From the NCBI RefSeq assembly GCF_050320075.1, contig NZ_CP190018.1: 64,000 nt of DNA; one strand, given 5' to 3'. A model generated the notes under the pieces. The model was not told where the DNA came from, did not search any database, and was given only the letters and a program-made list of their open reading frames with translations. The translations under genes and the position numbers were made by a program. Shown here in pieces: positions 52,147-63,146 of this stretch. The stretch is from Escherichia coli (GTDB lineage: Bacteria; Pseudomonadota; Gammaproteobacteria; Enterobacterales; Enterobacteriaceae). Within the stretch, counting starts at the first letter, position 1. Every line of letters begins with the position of its first letter.

Positions 52147-54288
52147 TCAAAATTGCCGCATATCCGGCATTCCGGGGGGTAAATCTTTCGGCACAGGCGC
52201 ATCCGGTACAGGTTGTGTGGCACCACAGTTCCAGTTAATCACCGGCGCATCACCGTTCACATCCGACTCTCCTTCCAGATGAATGTGCGTACCATTGAGA
52301 AATATGCTTCCGTCCTTCGTCAGCACCAACCTTGCCTTACCGCAGCAGAGTTCCAGATGCTCACCGGCAGAATAAACTGCTGTTTGTCCGGTGTTTTCCT
52401 TCATCGTCTTGCCCACCGAGAAGGTGACGTTATTCCCTACATTGACGCTGTAGCCCATTCCCACCATCAGTGATTTATGCAGCCCTACCTGTGAGGACTG
52501 CAACAACGCCACCGAGGTATTCATGATGCCGCCTACCGTCGTCTGGTAAGCCACGCCCACCGTCAGCGCACGAATGATCCCCACCTTTTCAACCTGGTTT
52601 GAACCCACTTTGACAATCTGGTTGCTGCCTACCGTTTCCACCTGGTTGACACCAACCGTCTGTATCTGATTAACGCCAATGTTCTGGATCTGGTTATTGG
52701 TAACGGTGATCGCCTGGTTGTTACCTATTTTTTCGGCATGGTTGTTTATCACATCAGTGGTGCGGTTATTCAGCACCTCGGTGTTCATGTTCTTCTGCGC
52801 GTGGATGTAGACCTGTTCTTTCCCTGTCGCATCGTCAAACTTCAGTTCATTAAACCCGCTGCCCTTATAGGTTTTTGAACGAATGGTCATCTGCGTCTTT
52901 GTTCCCGGCAGGCTGCCGGGGGTGCGGTTTTCCTGGTGGTAGGTGCGCCCCATAATAATCGGCTGGTCCGGATCGCCGTTGAGGAAGTCCACAATGACTT
53001 CCTGACCCACACGCGGTATCGCCAGGTTGCCAAAGCCGGTGCCTGCCCACGCCTGTGCCACACGGATCCAGCATGAACTGTCCTGGTTTGACGGGTTATA
53101 GCGGTCCCAGTTAAATTTCACCCGCACGCGGCCATGTTCATCACAGAAGATTTCTTCTCCTGCCGGTCCCGTCACGACGGCGCTCTGCGGGCCGTCCACC
53201 AGCGGTTTCAGCAACGGCTGTGGCCGCCATGTTCTGTCTGCCGGTATTACCGCAAAGTGGTTATTCAGCGTGGTACCTGAACCCCTGCGTCCCGGCACCG
53301 CCTGCGGCTGCTCGCCGTGCAGTTCACTTGCCACCACCTGCCATTCCCGGTTCAGGTTCGCCTGCGGATGCCCCGTCAGCGCAATTCGCCGTCCCGGCCA
53401 TATCTCCGGCGAACGGCTTGTTCCGCGCGCCACTTCTGCGTTGTTTCGCCAGCCATCCATCTGCCAGCAGGCAAAGTTCTGCCCGTGGGCACCCTTGAAA
53501 CGTCCGGGGTAGTCATACACTTCATACTGTGTGCGCTGGTAATCCTGGTGCTGGCCTTCCTGATCAAAACGCCCTGCCCAGCCGGGTCGTTTAAAGGTGT
53601 AGTCTTTGGTCACCACGGAAGATGGGCGGATTTGTGCGCTGTAGAGGAACTGGCTGATGCATAGGGTGCTCACCTCGGTACGGGTGTTCGGATTCCAGGG
53701 GATCTCAAAGGACTCCGGCAGATAACGCACGGTGTCGCACAGGACCAGGCTCTGGTCGGTACTTTTTTGCGCGTGCTCCTCATAAAAGAAGATGCCTTCC
53801 TCCGCCGCCATCCGGCACAGGAAATCGTAATCGGTTTCGCCGTACTGGACACAAAACTCACGGGAAGGATGCGGCTCGCTGAACAGCGGACTCCACTCGG
53901 TCACCCCGTTTTCTTTCAGGATCGTCGCGAGTATGCTTTCGATGTCCTCATTCTGGAAGATACGGAAGTTCTGGCGCAGCCCTGTGCGCCACAGCGGTGG
54001 GCACACCTTCATGCTGTACAGCATCTGGTTTTTGTCGTTCTCCCCCAGTTCAAACCAGGTCACCACACCTTTCACCCGGCGCTGTACGTCATCGCCCTGC
54101 CATACCGTCAGGTAGGCCATTTTGTCCAGCACCTGCGCAAATTCAAGGGAGAGAAACTGCTGGCTGACCAGAGAGAGATCGAGGGAAAAGAGCGAAGAGA
54201 GTGACTGGTTCAGATGAAAGGAGACCACCGCAAACGCGTCCGGTGGCAGGCCGTCCACTTCCAGCGTGAAACGTAATCCGGTTGACAT
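52147..54288 (-). CDS. vgrG: Type VI secretion spike protein VgrG
   Basis: 713 aa; gp27/gp5-like with C-terminal beta-helix repeats. Confidence 0.9.
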   Translation of the reverse strand: MSTGLRFTLEVDGLPPDAFAVVSFHLNQSLSSLFSLDLSLVSQQFLSLEFAQVLDKMAYLTVWQGDDVQRRVKGVVTWFELGENDKNQMLYSMKVCPPLWRTGLRQNFRIFQNEDIESILATILKENGVTEWSPLFSEPHPSREFCVQYGETDYDFLCRMAAEEGIFFYEEHAQKSTDQSLVLCDTVRYLPESFEIPWNPNTRTEVSTLCISQFLYSAQIRPSSVVTKDYTFKRPGWAGRFDQEGQHQDYQRTQYEVYDYPGRFKGAHGQNFACWQMDGWRNNAEVARGTSRSPEIWPGRRIALTGHPQANLNREWQVVASELHGEQPQAVPGRRGSGTTLNNHFAVIPADRTWRPQPLLKPLVDGPQSAVVTGPAGEEIFCDEHGRVRVKFNWDRYNPSNQDSSCWIRVAQAWAGTGFGNLAIPRVGQEVIVDFLNGDPDQPIIMGRTYHQENRTPGSLPGTKTQMTIRSKTYKGSGFNELKFDDATGKEQVYIHAQKNMNTEVLNNRTTDVINNHAEKIGNNQAITVTNNQIQNIGVNQIQTVGVNQVETVGSNQIVKVGSNQVEKVGIIRALTVGVAYQTTVGGIMNTSVALLQSSQVGLHKSLMVGMGYSVNVGNNVTFSVGKTMKENTGQTAVYSAGEHLELCCGKARLVLTKDGSIFLNGTHIHLEGESDVNGDAPVINWNCGATQPVPDAPVPKDLPPGMPDMRQF

Positions 54289-54497
54289 AGCAACCTCCGG
54301 GTTTAAGGAAAAACAGACAGTTCGCTGTTAAAGCGGCTGTAACAGTACAGTGTTACGCTTGCGTTCAGGCACGCTACCGCCGAAGTTTCCGGCATCCGCC
54401 ATCTCCCGTGAACGTAACCCCTTACTGACAACCTTTCTTTTTACGGCGTAATACAAAAACAGCATCCGGCCTAATAGCCGGATGCTGTTGGCTTAAC

Positions 54498-55016
54498 TTA
54501 TGCTTCCAGCGGTGCGCGCCAGTCGTCGGCACCGGAGGTGCCAGACTTGACGTGTTCCCACTCTATTTTGCGGTAGGCCAGTGAAACTTCGAGCAACTGG
54601 GTGAACTCGCGTTTCGCCGGATCCTGGCAATGCGGCATATGCAGTTTCATATCGACAATCGTCGAATCGGTCAGGCGGGTGGTGAAATAATGCTCCTGTT
54701 TGCCTTCCACAGAGGTACGCCACCAGTGAAGTTCAGTGGTTGGCAGCATTTCGCCGGAGGCCAGTGCGTTGTACATCAGCGGAACAGCTTTGTTCAGCGC
54801 CACGGTAAAAATGAACGGCTTGTGAGCACGCTGACCCGCAGGCTGGCCGGACTGAGGATCGGTCGGGACAGTAACGTTATGCAGGAATTCCTGCACCAGC
54901 ATCTCGTCTTCGTGCCCCTGCACATAGATGTTGCCGACAGAATCAGCGGTAAATGCACCTGCAGTAATATTTCCCTGGGTCTGACCAGTGATGGAGATAT
55001 AACACGGTGTTGGCAT
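54498..55016 (-). CDS. hcp: Type VI secretion tube protein Hcp
   Basis: 172 aa; Hcp-family sequence upstream of vgrG. Confidence 0.9.
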   Translation of the reverse strand: MPTPCYISITGQTQGNITAGAFTADSVGNIYVQGHEDEMLVQEFLHNVTVPTDPQSGQPAGQRAHKPFIFTVALNKAVPLMYNALASGEMLPTTELHWWRTSVEGKQEHYFTTRLTDSTIVDMKLHMPHCQDPAKREFTQLLEVSLAYRKIEWEHVKSGTSGADDWRAPLEA

Positions 55017-55712
55017 TTGTAAACTCCTTGTTAACGTGGTTAATTACTACTTACAATGACCTGCCGTTAATCCCAGACAGGCAGATGCAACTCACTTCAC
55101 GGAACCGCATCATTTTTCAGTATTTTTTACATACAAACCGAGCTAGAATTTACGGTTGTCGTAAAAACTATTTTTAAAATCATTAAATCTCTTATTCAGC
55201 AATAAGTTAATAATATATATCTGGATAACCATACCCAACTGTTCAAAGTCCGTATTGCCTCCATAAAATGGCCAAAGCTGAATCATGAATAAATATTGTA
55301 TTTATCCTTTCTGAATTATCATTTTGATAATTTTTGAGATATTCCTTAAAAATACCCACTTAATCAATCACAAAACAAATATATAAACAAGCAATCATCA
55401 GATTAGCTTATGTTTAATGAAATTATTATATAATTCAATAAGTTACATAAAAACTCTATATTTAAATTATTGCCATAATACACCTGACGCGAATTTCGCA
55501 GGTTCACACAATCTATTTAACGCTTGCAGAATACCTCTCTTTACGATCGATAAAAAGTCCTTTTCTTATTTATTTTGAAGCGTAGAATGCGGGGTGATGA
55601 AGGAGTGGTGATTTTATTTTCACCGCCATTAGGGCGGCATTGCCGATATTTTTTTGCGGTACAAATATGCCGTGTTCATGGCCTGTACGAGATAACATGA
55701 CGGATCACTTTT

Positions 55713-56213
55713 ATGAGCAAAAAATTTGAAGGCAGCGTCGCGCCTCGCGAGCGTATAAATATATCCTATGTCCCGAAGACGGACGGCCAGACGGCTGAAG
55801 TGGAGCTTCCGCTTAACATGCTCGTTGTCGGCGATACCGGAAATACGCAGGAGACATCCCCACTGGATGAACGTCAGGCAGTTTCCGTTAACAAGCACAA
55901 TTTCGGTGCGGTGATGGCTGAAGCAGCCATTGGCCTCAATTTTACCGTCCCCGCCACGCTGAAGGGAAGCACAACGGACGATGAACTGAATGTGGCGCTG
56001 AATATCAAGTCACTGGATGATTTTTCACCGGACAGCGTGGCCCGGCAGGTTCCGGAAGTTAATAAATTGCTGGAATTGCGTGAAGCACTGACTGCGCTGA
56101 AGGGGCCGATGGGCAACCTTCCGGCATTCCGTACCCAGCTCCAGGCATTGCTGGAAAATGAGGAGTCCCGCGAGCAGTTGCTCAAAGAAATCGGCCAAGT
56201 GAGTGGGAAATAA
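55713..56213 (+). CDS. tssB: T6SS sheath small subunit TssB (VipA)
   Basis: 166 aa; MSKKFEGSVAPRERINISY... Confidence 0.9.
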   Translation: MSKKFEGSVAPRERINISYVPKTDGQTAEVELPLNMLVVGDTGNTQETSPLDERQAVSVNKHNFGAVMAEAAIGLNFTVPATLKGSTTDDELNVALNIKSLDDFSPDSVARQVPEVNKLLELREALTALKGPMGNLPAFRTQLQALLENEESREQLLKEIGQVSGK

Positions 56214-56247
56214 CCACCACTATTTCATTAAACAGGGTTATCCAGAC

Positions 56248-56472
56248 ATGGCGGCACACAAAAATATCTCCGGGAAACACCCCCTCTCTGACGAAGACAT
56301 TTTGCAGGCGGTTTACCGGGTATGTTTCAGCCCGTCCGGTGAAATCAACCGGGATGGCGTGGATGCGCTGATTACAACACTGGATCGCCGTATCAGTGAT
56401 CTATTGGATGAGATTATCCATCTTTGTGAGTTTCAGCAGAGCGCGCCGTACTGGCGGCGCGTACTTCACTGA
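56248..56472 (+). CDS. Small hypothetical ORF between tssB and tssC
   Basis: 74 aa from the internal ATG of ORF 56203-56472; no recognisable family. Confidence 0.3.
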   Translation: MAAHKNISGKHPLSDEDILQAVYRVCFSPSGEINRDGVDALITTLDRRISDLLDEIIHLCEFQQSAPYWRRVLH

Positions 56473-56522
56473 CGGCGAAAACCCGGTTTCAGAAACACAG
56501 CTAAAACAGAAGGATTTTCAGT

Positions 56523-57998
56523 ATGTCTTTACAGGAAGAGGAACTCGTTTCCAGTCATGCCGGGCAGACTGATCAGGCATCGTCGCTGCTTGATCAAATC
56601 ATGGCTCAGACCCGTATTCAGCCCGGTTCAGAAGGTTATGACGTTGCCCGCCAGGGTGTGACAGCCTTTATTGCCAGCATCCTGCAATCCACTGCATCTG
56701 CCGAACCGGTCAATAAACTGGCCGTGGACAGCATGATTGCAGATATTGATGAACGCATCAGCCGCCAGATGGATGTCATCATCCATGCGCCTGCCTTTCA
56801 GCAGGTCGAGTCGTTCTGGCGCTCACTGAAAACCATGGTGGATCGCGTTGATTTCCGTGAAAACATCAAGGTCAACGTGCTTCATGTCACCAAGCAGGAA
56901 CTTCTGGAAGACTTTGAGTTTGCGCCAGAAATTATTCAGTCCGGATTTTATAAGCACGTTTATTCGTCCGGTTTCGGACAGTTTGGCGGTGAACCCATCG
57001 CTGCCGTGCTGGGCGCTTATGAGTTCAAAAATACCGCGCCTGACATGAAACTGCTGCAATACGTCAGTGCCGTGGGCGCAATGGCGCACGCACCGTTCCT
57101 GTCCTCCGTTTCCCCGGAGTTTATGGGGCTGAACTCGTGGACCGAACTGCCTAATATCAAAGATCTTTATGCCATCTTTGAAGGTCCGGCCTACACCAAA
57201 TGGCGCGCCCTGCGTGACTCGGAAGATTCGCGCTATTTAGGGCTTACGGCACCCCGCTTCCTGCTTCGCCAGCCCTATTCACCAACAGATAACCCTGTTA
57301 AGAACTTTAACTATTACGAAGATGTCAGCCAGAACCACGAAGATTATCTGTGGGGTAATACGGCCTGGATGCTGGCATGCAATATCGCAGACAGTTTTGC
57401 CAAATACCGCTGGTGTCCAAACATTATCGGTCCGCAAAGCGGCGGCGCAGTGAAAGATCTGCCGGTGCATCTGTTCGAAACGATGGGGCAGATTCAGGCC
57501 AAAATCCCAACCGAGGTGCTGGTCACCGATCGCCGCGAATTTGAACTGGCTGAAGAGGGTTTTATCACCCTTACCATGCGTAAAGACTCTGATAATGCAG
57601 CCTTTTTCTCTGCAAACTCGGTACAAAAACCGAAGCACTTTCCGGGAAAAGACGCAGAAACCAACTATAAGCTGGGTACGCAGCTTCCTTATCTCTTCAT
57701 CATCAATCGGTTAGCGCACTACATCAAGGTGTTGCAGCGTGAACAACTGGGGTCATGGAAAGAAAGGAGCGACTTAGAAAGAGAGCTTAATACCTGGATC
57801 CGTCAGTATGTTGCCGACCAGGAAAACCCGCCTGCAGACGTGCGCAGCCGCAAACCTCTGCGCGCTGCCAAAGTTGAGGTTATGGATGTAGAAGGCGAAC
57901 CCGGCTGGTACCAGGTTGCGCTAAGCGTGAGGCCTCATTTTAAATTTATGGGGGCAAATTTTGAGCTTTCCCTGGTTGGCCGGTTAGACAGGGAGTAA
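56523..57998 (+). CDS. tssC: T6SS sheath large subunit TssC (VipB)
   Basis: 491 aa. Confidence 0.95.
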   Translation: MSLQEEELVSSHAGQTDQASSLLDQIMAQTRIQPGSEGYDVARQGVTAFIASILQSTASAEPVNKLAVDSMIADIDERISRQMDVIIHAPAFQQVESFWRSLKTMVDRVDFRENIKVNVLHVTKQELLEDFEFAPEIIQSGFYKHVYSSGFGQFGGEPIAAVLGAYEFKNTAPDMKLLQYVSAVGAMAHAPFLSSVSPEFMGLNSWTELPNIKDLYAIFEGPAYTKWRALRDSEDSRYLGLTAPRFLLRQPYSPTDNPVKNFNYYEDVSQNHEDYLWGNTAWMLACNIADSFAKYRWCPNIIGPQSGGAVKDLPVHLFETMGQIQAKIPTEVLVTDRREFELAEEGFITLTMRKDSDNAAFFSANSVQKPKHFPGKDAETNYKLGTQLPYLFIINRLAHYIKVLQREQLGSWKERSDLERELNTWIRQYVADQENPPADVRSRKPLRAAKVEVMDVEGEPGWYQVALSVRPHFKFMGANFELSLVGRLDRE

Positions 57999-58004
57999 CA
58001 CACC

Positions 58005-58418
58005 ATGATACCGGATCGGGAAAGAACCACAGGTTCTCTTTTTGAGCGTATGGAAGCCTCTTCAGCCAGAAACCGGCAGGGAGGCAGTATTCATTCGCTC
58101 AGGCAATCCATTCGCCAGAACCTACGAAACATTCTTAATACCCGGTCCGGTAGTTGCCGGGGTGCGCCTGAGCTGGGCATTGATGAACCGGAAGGGGCTG
58201 AAAACTTCCGCGAATCAATGAGTCGGGCCATCGCGCAATGTATAGAACGCTATGAACCCCGGATCTCACGCGCTGAAGTGCAGGCAGTGGTTTCATCCGC
58301 CTCCAGCCCGCTGGATATGACGTTTCATATTACAGCCTGGGTGACATTTAACGAAACGCATGAGGTGCTTGAATTTGATATGGCACCGAATGGCAGCCAG
58401 CATTACCGGGTGGACTGA
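58005..58418 (+). CDS. tssE: T6SS baseplate protein TssE (gp25-like)
   Basis: 137 aa. Confidence 0.85.
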   Translation: MIPDRERTTGSLFERMEASSARNRQGGSIHSLRQSIRQNLRNILNTRSGSCRGAPELGIDEPEGAENFRESMSRAIAQCIERYEPRISRAEVQAVVSSASSPLDMTFHITAWVTFNETHEVLEFDMAPNGSQHYRVD

Positions 58419-58421
58419 CAA

Positions 58422-60272
58422 ATGGAATTTGAAGAACGCTATTTCCGGGAAGAACTCGATTACCTGCGCCAGCTTAGCAAGCTGCTGGCAACGGAAAAAC
58501 CCCATCTGGCCCGCTTCCTGGCCGAAAAAGATGCAGATCCGGATATTGAACGCCTGCTGGAAGGGGTGGCTTTTCTTACCGGCAATCTCCGCCAGAAAAT
58601 TGAGGATGAATTCCCAGAACTGACGCACGGGCTTATTAAGATGCTATGGCCTAATTACCTGCGTCCGGTTCCGGCAATGACCCTTATTGAATATACGCCG
58701 GATATGGATAAGTCTTCTGTGCCGGTGTTAATCCCCCGTAATGAGCAGTTTACAACCAACGCCGGGGAAATTAGAGTCGATGAAGTGCTGCCCTCCGATG
58801 CTAAAAAGGAGGAGCCGCCTCCCTGTACCTTCACCCTCTGCCGGGATATCTGGCTGCTGCCCGTTCGCCTGGAGCAGATTGAAAACCGCAGTACGACCCG
58901 TAATGGTGTTATCAACATCACCTTTTCGGTCGCACCGGGAACGGACTTCCGCACGCTGGATCTGAACAAACTTCGCTTCTGGCTCGGCAATGACGACAAC
59001 TATACCCGTGACCAGCTTTATTTATGGTTCTGTGAATACTTGCAGGGTGCCGACCTGACTGTGGGTGAACAGCATATTCGCCTGCCTGAGTTTATGCTGA
59101 AAGCTGTCGGTTTTGAGCCACAGGATGCCATGCTGCCCTGGCCGAAAAACGTCCACAGCGGCTACCGGATCCTTCAGGAGTATTTCTGTTACCCGGATGC
59201 GTTTCTCTTTTTTGATCTTTGTGGTTGTCCGGCGTTGCCTGACGGATTGCAGGCTGAATCCTTTACCCTGCAACTGCGTTTTTCGCGCCCATTGCCCGTG
59301 GACATCCGGTTGCGCCGCGACTCCCTGCGCCTGTATTGCGCACCTGCCATTAATTTATTTATCCACCATGCAGAAGCCATCACGCTGGACAACCGGCGGG
59401 CAGACTATCCGCTGGTTCCCAGCCGCCATTATCCGGAACATTACGATGTCTTTTCCGTTAACGGCGTGATAAGCCAGGTGCAGGATATGTTCAGGAAAAA
59501 AGATCTGGGGCGTCCTGTTTCGACGCAGGCCGCGCGCCAGTGGCCTGCCTTTGAAAGTTTCAGCCATCAGATGGAATACAGCCGGAAGCGGGAAGTGGTG
59601 TACTGGCATCACCGGACCAAAACATCCCTGTTCCATCGCGGCTTTGATCATACCCTTGCTTTTATACATGCTGATGGCAGTTATCCGTCAGACGAATCGC
59701 TGCTCAGTAATGAAGTGGTTTCGGTATCGCTGACCTGTACCAACCGTGAGCTTCCGTCACAAATTCGTTCCGGCGATATCACCGGCACAACCGGTAAAAA
59801 TGCGGCTGTTGCTTCATTTCGCAACATTACCCGCCCGACGCAACCGCTCTGGCCGGTCATTGATGGCAGCCTGCACTGGTCCCTGCTCTCCGCCATGAAC
59901 CTGAATTATCTGTCATTACTGGATACGGACGCGCTGAAGCAGGTCATCGCCAACTTTGATCGCCACGCAATCCATCATCCGCAGACGGCGCGGCTGTCAC
60001 AACAAAAGCTGGATGCCATTGAGCGTCTGGAGACTCGCCCTGTCGACCGCCTGTTTACGGGCATTCCCGTCCGGGGGCTGGCCTCCACGCTGTATCTGCA
60101 CCCGGAGCCGTTTGTCTGTGAAGGGGAAATGTATCTGCTCGGTACGGTGCTTTCGCATTTTCTGTCGCTGTACGCCAGCGTTAACTCATTCCACATGCTG
60201 ACCGTTGTGAACACAGAAAGCCAGGAGACATGGAAATGGACGGAAAGAACCGGGCAGCATCCTCTTATCTGA
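58422..60272 (+). CDS. tssF: T6SS baseplate protein TssF
   Basis: 616 aa. Confidence 0.9.
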   Translation: MEFEERYFREELDYLRQLSKLLATEKPHLARFLAEKDADPDIERLLEGVAFLTGNLRQKIEDEFPELTHGLIKMLWPNYLRPVPAMTLIEYTPDMDKSSVPVLIPRNEQFTTNAGEIRVDEVLPSDAKKEEPPPCTFTLCRDIWLLPVRLEQIENRSTTRNGVINITFSVAPGTDFRTLDLNKLRFWLGNDDNYTRDQLYLWFCEYLQGADLTVGEQHIRLPEFMLKAVGFEPQDAMLPWPKNVHSGYRILQEYFCYPDAFLFFDLCGCPALPDGLQAESFTLQLRFSRPLPVDIRLRRDSLRLYCAPAINLFIHHAEAITLDNRRADYPLVPSRHYPEHYDVFSVNGVISQVQDMFRKKDLGRPVSTQAARQWPAFESFSHQMEYSRKREVVYWHHRTKTSLFHRGFDHTLAFIHADGSYPSDESLLSNEVVSVSLTCTNRELPSQIRSGDITGTTGKNAAVASFRNITRPTQPLWPVIDGSLHWSLLSAMNLNYLSLLDTDALKQVIANFDRHAIHHPQTARLSQQKLDAIERLETRPVDRLFTGIPVRGLASTLYLHPEPFVCEGEMYLLGTVLSHFLSLYASVNSFHMLTVVNTESQETWKWTERTGQHPLI

Positions 60273-61318
60273 GTCCGGGAAATCCCCCGGCAGATAAAGA
60301 GCAGAATGATCCGCTGGCACAGGTTTTTCATAACGCCTGCTCTTACAATTTTTTTGCGATGGCGGAGCTGTTGCACCGCCTGGCACAGGGTGAAAAGGGG
60401 ACGCCGGAATTATCCCTGCGCGACGATCCGGCACAGGAAACCCTGCGTTTCAGCGCCGATGCCAGCCTTGCGTTTCCCCTGAGTGATATCAGTGCGCTGA
60501 AACGGGATACGTCAGGGGCATTCAGGATGACCACTACCTTTATGGGGTTACAGGGGAGCCAGTCGCCTCTCCCCGGTTATTACCTCGATCACCTGGCCTG
60601 GAAAGCGGTACATGAACAAAGTCCGGTAGGTGATTTTCTGGATATGTTCAGCCACCGCCTGACCCAGTTTGTCTGGCATATCTGGCGTAAGTACCGCTAT
60701 CACATCAGTTTTCGTAACGGCGGTGTGGATGCGTTCTCGCAGCGCATGTACTCCCTTGTTGGGCTGGGCCACCGCCAGCTTCGCGATAAGCTGGCGATTA
60801 ATCACAGCAAAATGCTGGCGTATTCCGGGATCCTGGCAAATCCGGGACGATCCCCGGAAATAATCTGCGGTCTGGTGTCCCACTGTTTTGATTTGTCAGA
60901 CGTGACGCTGCAAAACTGGCAACGTCGCAAGGTGGATATTGAACCGGATCAGCAAAATAGCCTGGGGAGTTATTCACTTAAAAATGGCGAAAAACTGGCA
61001 GGAAGATCGGTACTGGGCAACTTTGTTCTGGGTACACGGGTGCCCGATCTCAGCGGAAAATTCCAGCTCAGTATTACCAGCCTGACCCGAAAACAGTTCC
61101 TCTCTTTTCTGCCGTCCGGCGAAAACTTCCTGCCACTGACGATGTTTGTGTCCTTCATCCTGCGCGATCAGCTTGCCTGGGACTTACATCTGGGGCTGGC
61201 GCCGGAGCAGGTGGGCGCAATGCGCCTGGGCGATAACAAAAGTGCGCTGCTGGGCTGGACCAGCTTCCTCGGCACACCGGAAGAACGACCTTCAGTCACC
61301 ATCAGGGTACGGTCGTAA
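60236..61318 (+). CDS. tssG: T6SS baseplate protein TssG
   Basis: Start at second ATG after AGGAG; overlaps the tssF end. Confidence 0.85.
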   Translation: MDGKNRAASSYLSPGNPPADKEQNDPLAQVFHNACSYNFFAMAELLHRLAQGEKGTPELSLRDDPAQETLRFSADASLAFPLSDISALKRDTSGAFRMTTTFMGLQGSQSPLPGYYLDHLAWKAVHEQSPVGDFLDMFSHRLTQFVWHIWRKYRYHISFRNGGVDAFSQRMYSLVGLGHRQLRDKLAINHSKMLAYSGILANPGRSPEIICGLVSHCFDLSDVTLQNWQRRKVDIEPDQQNSLGSYSLKNGEKLAGRSVLGNFVLGTRVPDLSGKFQLSITSLTRKQFLSFLPSGENFLPLTMFVSFILRDQLAWDLHLGLAPEQVGAMRLGDNKSALLGWTSFLGTPEERPSVTIRVRS

Positions 61319-61342
61319 ATTATGATAATCACGGAGCAGAAT

Positions 61343-62623
61343 ATGCCGGAAGAGAAACTACAGACGCTTTCATTGCAGGTCATTAACGGCAGTGAGCTGG
61401 AAAGCGGGCGGGCGGCGCGCTGTCTGTTCACACAGCAGGGAAATGTCGGCCATGGCCCCGAATGCCACTGGTCGGTACAGGATCGTCAGCAGAGCATTCC
61501 GGCTCAGGCTTTTACCGTTATCCTGCACGATGGCACATTTTGTCTGCGCCCGCAGACGGCACAACTGTGGCTGAACCAGGCAAAAGTCACAGCAACATCA
61601 GACCTGATACAGCTGCGCCAGGGCGATGAGATCCAGATAGGGCGTCTGATGGTGAGGGTTCATCTGAACCGGGGAGATATCCCCCATTACGATGAGGAAA
61701 TGGCCACTCCCGAAACCATCGTCACCAATCGCGATATGCTCACGGATACCCTGCTGTCAACGGAGGGTGCGCCACACTATCCGGGAATGACTCACCGGCA
61801 TCAGCTTGCAGACACCGTGGTAAACGGTTTTTCTACCGATCCACTCCAGGCACTTCAGTCCGAAAGCCTGATTACCACGGGCGATCCGCTTTCAGGCATT
61901 GCGGCTGTCCGGCCATCGGCACCGCTGTCCGATCCGGCAAGTAATGGTGGGATCAATACTCCGTTTATGGATCTACCGCCCATTTATGCCAGCCCCGGCG
62001 ATCGTAATGATGACTTCCCTGTGGCAGAAATGGCGCAACGCCACCTTGCGGTCACCCCCTTACTGCGCGGTCTCGGCGGCTCGCTTACCGTGAGCAATTC
62101 TGACGATGCGGATGATTTTCTGGAAGAGGCCGGACGCACGTTACAGGCCGCAATAAAAGGTCTGCTCGATTTGCAGCAACAGCGTAACAGCCTCTCAGAC
62201 AAACATTTGCGCCCGCTGGAAGATAACCCGCTGCGCCTGAACATGGATTACGCCACCGCGCTCGACGTGATGTTTGCCGAAGGTAAAAGTCCGGTACATC
62301 TGGCGGCTCCCGCCGCTGTCAGTGAAAGCCTGCGTAATGTCCGCCACCACGAAGAAGCTAACCGGGCAGCGATTGTGGAGTCACTTCGTGTCCTGCTTGA
62401 CGCTTTCTCACCACAAAATCTGCTGCGCCGCTTTGTGCAGTACCGCCGCAGCCATGAACTGCGCCAGCCGCTGGATGATGCCGGAGCATGGCAAATGTAC
62501 AGCCATTATTACGAAGAACTGGCCTCCGATCGCCAGCAGGGGTTTGAGATGCTGTTTAACGAGGTCTACGCCCAGATCTATGACCGGGTGCTTCGTGAAA
62601 AACAGCGGGAGCCGGAAGCATGA
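61343..62623 (+). CDS. tagH: T6SS FHA-domain protein TagH
   Basis: N-terminal FHA-like region; start at ATG 61343 after GGAG (ORF track 61322). Confidence 0.8.
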   Translation: MPEEKLQTLSLQVINGSELESGRAARCLFTQQGNVGHGPECHWSVQDRQQSIPAQAFTVILHDGTFCLRPQTAQLWLNQAKVTATSDLIQLRQGDEIQIGRLMVRVHLNRGDIPHYDEEMATPETIVTNRDMLTDTLLSTEGAPHYPGMTHRHQLADTVVNGFSTDPLQALQSESLITTGDPLSGIAAVRPSAPLSDPASNGGINTPFMDLPPIYASPGDRNDDFPVAEMAQRHLAVTPLLRGLGGSLTVSNSDDADDFLEEAGRTLQAAIKGLLDLQQQRNSLSDKHLRPLEDNPLRLNMDYATALDVMFAEGKSPVHLAAPAAVSESLRNVRHHEEANRAAIVESLRVLLDAFSPQNLLRRFVQYRRSHELRQPLDDAGAWQMYSHYYEELASDRQQGFEMLFNEVYAQIYDRVLREKQREPEA

Positions 62624-63144
62624 ACAGGAAGGCGTTTCTGGCCTGCGTGCTGATGTGCGTCATATTAACCGGCTGCGAAACGGCGAAAAAAATCAGCGAG
62701 GTGATCAAAAACCCGGATATCCAGGTCGGGAGCCTGAAGGAGCAACCTTCGGAAATAACCGTCACCCTGCTGACCGAACCGGACACCAATACCAATGCGG
62801 AGGGTGAATCAGCCGCCGTGGATGTGCAACTGGTGTACCTGACTGACGACTCAAAATTGCTGGCAGCCGACTATGACCAGATAGCCAGTACGCCGCTACC
62901 GGATGTGTTGGGTAAAAACTATATCGACCACCAGGATTTCAACCTGTTGCCGGACACCATCAAAACCCTGCCGCCGGTAAAGCTGGATGAGAAAACGCAG
63001 TTTATTGGTGTCGTGGCCTATTTCTCCGATGACCAGGCCACTGAATGGAAACAAATCGAGACGGTGGAAGGAACCGGCCACCATTACCGCCTGCTGGTGC
63101 ATGTACGTCAAAGCAGCATCGAAATGAAAAAAGAGGATGAATAA
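62620..63144 (+). CDS. tssJ: T6SS outer-membrane lipoprotein TssJ
   Basis: 174 aa with lipobox LTGC. Confidence 0.8.
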   Translation: MNRKAFLACVLMCVILTGCETAKKISEVIKNPDIQVGSLKEQPSEITVTLLTEPDTNTNAEGESAAVDVQLVYLTDDSKLLAADYDQIASTPLPDVLGKNYIDHQDFNLLPDTIKTLPPVKLDEKTQFIGVVAYFSDDQATEWKQIETVEGTGHHYRLLVHVRQSSIEMKKEDE

Positions 63145-63146
63145 TT

